Shown here one piece after another: positions 60,497-64,000 of a stretch of DNA of 64,000 nucleotides (position 1 is its first letter; every line of letters begins with the position of its first letter). The notes under the pieces were generated by a model, which was given only the letters and a program-made list of their open reading frames with translations, was not told where the DNA came from and searched no databases. Location of the stretch: NCBI GenBank assembly GCA_963812015.1, contig CAWETI010000002.1, positions 96,001 through 160,000 of the forward strand, read 5' to 3'. The position numbers and the translations under genes are program-made. Source of the DNA: an uncultured delta proteobacterium (GTDB taxonomy: Bacteria > Desulfobacterota > Desulfobaccia > Desulfobaccales > 0-14-0-80-60-11).

Positions 60497-60727
60497 GTTT
60501 CAATCCATCCAATGTCCCTGGCTGACGCGTTATCCCAAGATGCTCTTGAAAAGTAGCCCAGGTGTTGCCGTAAAAACCAAAATCCCCCTCAATCCCCTTT
60601 TAAGGCAGGGGGACTTAAAACATCGGCATTGAGATCATGGCTCGCATTTTATCATATCATTGATGCATCACCGCGCTGGTTCAGCCTGCGACGGCACAGG
60701 CGAGACGTCCGTGCCGTTAAAGACGCA

Positions 60728-61666
60728 TTAGCCGCCCCCGGCCTTCCGGAAGGCCGCCACGGTCTGGGCCAGGCCCTCGGACAGGCTGATGCGGGGCTGC
60801 CAGCCCAGCTCGCTTTGGGCCCGGGAGCTGTCCAGGACGCTCCGGCGCTGCTCTCCGGGCTTGGCGGGGCCGTGCACCGGCCCCAGGGGAGAGCCCAGGA
60901 GTTCCTGGAGCTTCAGGTAAATGGTGAGGATATCGGTCTCTTGGCCGGTGCCGATATTAAAGGCCCCGGCTTTAGGGTAGGTAAGGGCCAACAGATTGGC
61001 GGCCACGATATCCCCCACAAAGACGAAATCCCGGGTTTGCAAACCGTCGCCGTTGATCCGGGGCTGCTCCCCGACCAGGAATTTTTCGATGAAGATGGCT
61101 ACCACCCCGGCTTCTCCCAGGCCGTTCTGGCGAGGCCCATAGACATTGGCATAGCGCAAGGCGATGGGGATAATGCCATGTTCCCGCTGATAGAAGTGGA
61201 GGTAGTGCTCCACCGCCAGCTTGGCAATGCCGTAGGGCGCCTCCGGCCGGGGCCGGTCTTCCTCCCGGGCCGGCAGCGGCGCATCATCCCCGTAAATAGC
61301 GCCGCCGGTGGAGGCGAAGATGATTTTCTCCACTCCCACCTGGGCCGCGGCCTGGAAGAGATTGAGAGATCCCAGGATGTTTTCCTGGGCGTCGAAGATG
61401 GGGTCCTGCACCGAGACCTGGACGCTCATCTGGGCGGCATGGTGCACGATAACCTGGGGCCGCCAGCGGCGGATGAGCTCAGCAGTCTCCCGGGACTTGA
61501 TGTCAAAAGGATAAAACTGGGCCGCGGCCGGCACATATTCCCGCTTGCCGAGGTTCAAATTGTCCACCACTACCACGTCGTGGCCGGTGGCGACCAGATG
61601 CTCCGCCACGTGGGAGGCGATGAAGCCGGCCCCGCCGGTGACCAGAATCCGTTTCGGTGCGGTCAT
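60728..61666 (-). CDS. NAD-dependent sugar epimerase (UDP-glucose 4-epimerase-like)
   Basis: VTGGAGFI, STGGAIYG, YGIAK, RYANVYGPRQ and RDFVFV.D. Confidence 0.88.
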   Translation of the reverse strand: MTAPKRILVTGGAGFIASHVAEHLVATGHDVVVVDNLNLGKREYVPAAAQFYPFDIKSRETAELIRRWRPQVIVHHAAQMSVQVSVQDPIFDAQENILGSLNLFQAAAQVGVEKIIFASTGGAIYGDDAPLPAREEDRPRPEAPYGIAKLAVEHYLHFYQREHGIIPIALRYANVYGPRQNGLGEAGVVAIFIEKFLVGEQPRINGDGLQTRDFVFVGDIVAANLLALTYPKAGAFNIGTGQETDILTIYLKLQELLGSPLGPVHGPAKPGEQRRSVLDSSRAQSELGWQPRISLSEGLAQTVAAFRKAGGG

Positions 61667-61748
61667 GGATTCCCCTTCCTTCAGCCTAATATAACATTTT
61701 AACTAATTTATCTTCCTTGATGCAATTGTTTCCCGACCCGGTACTGTC

Positions 61749-62567
61749 CTAATTTGCCAATTCCAAAAGCTCCGAGATGGTCCACAGACGGTTAGTTACC
61801 CCCGCTTCCATAGCTGGGGTAACTCGAAGTGAACTATGAACCCGGACAAAGTTATAATGAGCAAAGTGAAGGGCAACCGCCGCTTTGAGATTGTCCAGCT
61901 TCTTGCTAAAGGCATTGGTTAGCCTGGTGAAGCGACGCATCTGCATCCGCATGGTAAGGTTTTGCCGTTCCACGTATGAGGTTGAGATATTGGATTTCTT
62001 GGGATTGCCGAGAATAACCGTGCGCTCCGCACTAACCACGTGCGGAGGCGAATACCTACCAGCGCCCATCGGCTCCGCTTCGTATGTTTTTACCACTTGT
62101 CCGTAGTCTATCCCTGCCCCAAAAGTGTCCTCCACGGCATCGACATAGGCTTTAAGGCCATCACTGCTTAACTGGACCCGATTATCAAGCCTACCTGAAA
62201 GATCAGAAATGAAAGCATAGACATTATCAATTGTCCGTTTCCCCACTAAATAAGATGGTATCAATTTGCTTTCTGCGTCTAGGGCCACGAACACCCATTG
62301 GTCGCCGAAATCAGGATCATCGGTATCCTTAAGATGGCGCTGTTTCTTCCCGACAAAGCACCAGATTTCGTCAACCTGAACGGTCTGGCATTTCAGGTTC
62401 TTCATATAGGAGTCCATAAGGTTAGCGCAGCCTTGCCCCACTCGATATCCAAGGCGCATGATGGTATCGCGGTGAATCCCGGTCATGCGTTCGACTGAGC
62501 GGATTGAAGCACCTTCCACCAAGGCCGCTATCGCCGTTTCCTGTTTTTCTCGCCTTAAGACATTCAT
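61749..62567 (-). CDS. IS1-family DDE transposase with N-terminal HTH
   Basis: EGASIRSVERMTGIH..TI (HTH), VDEIWCFVGKK, SSDG...Y and TSYVERQNLTMR...RRF.R.T.AFSKK. Confidence 0.88.
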   Translation of the reverse strand: MNVLRREKQETAIAALVEGASIRSVERMTGIHRDTIMRLGYRVGQGCANLMDSYMKNLKCQTVQVDEIWCFVGKKQRHLKDTDDPDFGDQWVFVALDAESKLIPSYLVGKRTIDNVYAFISDLSGRLDNRVQLSSDGLKAYVDAVEDTFGAGIDYGQVVKTYEAEPMGAGRYSPPHVVSAERTVILGNPKKSNISTSYVERQNLTMRMQMRRFTRLTNAFSKKLDNLKAAVALHFAHYNFVRVHSSLRVTPAMEAGVTNRLWTISELLELAN

Positions 62568-62581
62568 CTCGGAATTTCCTG

Positions 62582-62610
62582 TTGACTAATGGGTAAATAC
62601 TTGCTATCTT
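62582..62610 (+). promoter_or_regulatory. outward-facing sigma70-type promoter next to the transposase start
   Basis: TTGACT-17 bp-TATCTT with TG one base before the -10 (extended -10). Confidence 0.55.
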
Positions 62611-62619
62611 GAACGAAAG

Positions 62620-62687
62620 TGGAGCGCCGGGGAATCGAACCCCGCCCGGAATGGGTGTAAGGGCCTCCTGGGAACCAATCGCGCCCC
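62620..62687 (-). ncRNA. candidate tRNA(Ala)/tmRNA-like mini RNA (68 nt)
   Basis: GGGGCGC/GCGCTCC acceptor stem with G3:U70 and A discriminator, perfect T-arm CGGGG-TTCGATT-CCCCG. No D-stem and no canonical anticodon arm. Confidence 0.55.
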
Positions 62688-62801
62688 ACGAATCGCCACG
62701 GCCTCATAGCCTAATCGCTGCCAACGACTACCAGGGTATGGGGCCTTGCTTTTGCGGTCCCTGCCAGGGCGATTCAAGGCCGACAGGAACCAAGTCTCTT
62801 C

Positions 62802-63296
62802 TCATATTTCACCTCCTTTTGCGGGCGGAGGCCCAACCTGAGTTGTTCTCTGAATATTCTTCCAAGTCCCCCTGCTAATGTTCTTGAAGAGTTTAGGTTT
62901 CCTTTGTAACGCACTCCTGATTACTTCCTGGGGATGATTTTGGCTTAATTTCCACCCTCTCTCCCGAAATTCAGCGACGATTTCCTTGATCTTCATGGGG
63001 CGCTTATATGTGTCAAAAATCATGGATATTCCCTTTTCGACCGGAATTTCAATGAGCTTGGTCTCCATTTTGGGTGGGATCGCGGCCGATAAATCAATTT
63101 CATCTGCAAATGGATCAATGCCCAGGTAAAGACGGTTATGAATCTGATTAATAAGAGATTTTATCCAATCACAATCGTTTTTTAGGGTCTCAAGTTTTGG
63201 TTCAAGTTCCTTAATTTCATTAAGTTTACTTTCAAGCTCATCCTCTAAGTTAGCGAGAGCCTTTGATAAACTTTGACGGGTAGCTTCTTCAAGCAT
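62802..63296 (-). CDS. hypothetical protein: coiled coil + C-terminal winged helix
   Basis: Heptad-rich N-terminus and RPMKIKEI...GW.......IRSAL.R...F.....GTW. Start placed at ATG 63296 after a G-rich RBS. Confidence 0.6.
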   Translation of the reverse strand: MLEEATRQSLSKALANLEDELESKLNEIKELEPKLETLKNDCDWIKSLINQIHNRLYLGIDPFADEIDLSAAIPPKMETKLIEIPVEKGISMIFDTYKRPMKIKEIVAEFRERGWKLSQNHPQEVIRSALQRKPKLFKNISRGTWKNIQRTTQVGPPPAKGGEI

Positions 63297-63465
63297 AAGA
63301 TGCCCCCCTATGCCGCTGTAAACTTCTTGATCTTCAAGAACTTTCCTGATATATACGAGATGCTTAATATTAGGCCATAAAATTTTATTGTCAATAAAAA
63401 AAGCGACTAAAAAAGCGAATATTTTTTTTGCGGATAGTCTATTTTTTTGAAAGCGTGGCCAGCGC

Positions 63466-63762
63466 ATGAGTAAAGGCTTAAAACATATTGTGGAGAAAAT
63501 ATGCGGTTGTCCCGCATCTTTTTTAGAAGATGTGGTTGTTGTTGAGAGCTTCGGGGGGCAAACCGTTTGGAGCGGTGTCGTATCCATTTTTAACCTCCAA
63601 GACCATCCGCAGGCCGATAAATGTTATGCTTGGTCATCTCCGATAGAGAGGAGCAGAAAGCGGAAATATTATGCCGTCCTTCATATCCCACCAATTGATT
63701 CCCCGGAAAAGGCTGTCAGGGCCTCCATTGTCCACGATCATAAGACGGAGAAATTGAATTAG
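63466..63762 (+). CDS. hypothetical protein (98 aa)
   Basis: Clean ORF with globular composition (TVWSGVV..F.L..HP....CYAWS...AVLH.PP..SP..AV.A.I). Confidence 0.65.
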   Translation: MSKGLKHIVEKICGCPASFLEDVVVVESFGGQTVWSGVVSIFNLQDHPQADKCYAWSSPIERSRKRKYYAVLHIPPIDSPEKAVRASIVHDHKTEKLN

Positions 63763-64000
63763 CCCTACACCTTGTGATTTCCTTATTGTCAAATTGCATT
63801 GACCTATCTCCAGCGGTAAGGTGATTTTTAGATTTCATAAATATAATCTCGGGGGTTGAGTGCCTTATGTCGGCAAAAAGGATATTCATCGCCCTAATAG
63901 TCTTGATTGCCGTTTCCCTTTGTCTTTCGGCATGGTCAGAACCAAATCCCAAACAGCCCATATCGCAAGGTAAAAGCGGCAAGTTGGCCGCACAGAAAAC

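Larger units (their letters stand above)
61740..64000 (-). mobile_element. IS1-family element with passenger genes (other end probably beyond the window)
   Basis: GGTACTGTCC end abutting the transposase stop. An abrupt shift to AT-richer DNA persists to the window end. Confidence 0.55.

Noticed and set aside
62712..62760. AANDY peptide resembling a tmRNA tag next to the tRNA-like element
   Set aside because: It is on the opposite strand to the tRNA-like fold and is not followed by an ALAA-type end and stop. Probably chance.
1..64000. CRISPR array or rRNA
   Set aside because: No regularly spaced direct repeats or rRNA-like sequence seen.

Overview
A GC-rich bacterial chromosome segment. Gene content suggests an anaerobic deltaproteobacterium (Desulfobacca/Syntrophobacterales-like); this is inferred, not searched. 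The housekeeping backbone is DUF1015, speD, corC, lnt, icd, SIMPL, NifU, tRNA-Ala(CGC), a MarR-linked MacAB/NodT efflux operon with two homopolymer frameshifts, dinB, nfnAB-fhs / metV-metF, trxA-trxB-bamD, surE, a Gld-type ABC transporter and an epimerase. The main accessory block (about 11.0-22.5 kb) is a co-oriented cluster I cannot match to any named system. It encodes a subtilase (S8) fused to a thermolysin-like metallopeptidase with an in-frame internal RBS/ATG, a ComEC-type metallo-beta-lactamase-fold hydrolase, a signal-less lysozyme-SH3-CHAP cell-wall hydrolase, a 3-TM membrane protein, a gingipain/caspase-fold (C25) protease with a small partner, and a lipoprotein. It looks like a protease-controlled lysis or conflict system. 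Other highlights are a 68-nt tRNA(Ala)/tmRNA-mimic structure just upstream of an IS1-family transposase carrying passenger genes, a highly structured speD 5' leader, an unannotated relic of the CO dehydrogenase (cooS) C-terminus, a solo KAP NTPase, a Rex-like box before nfnA, and two families of MITE/REP-like repeats. No CRISPR array or rRNA was seen. All family assignments come from motif recognition, not database searches.
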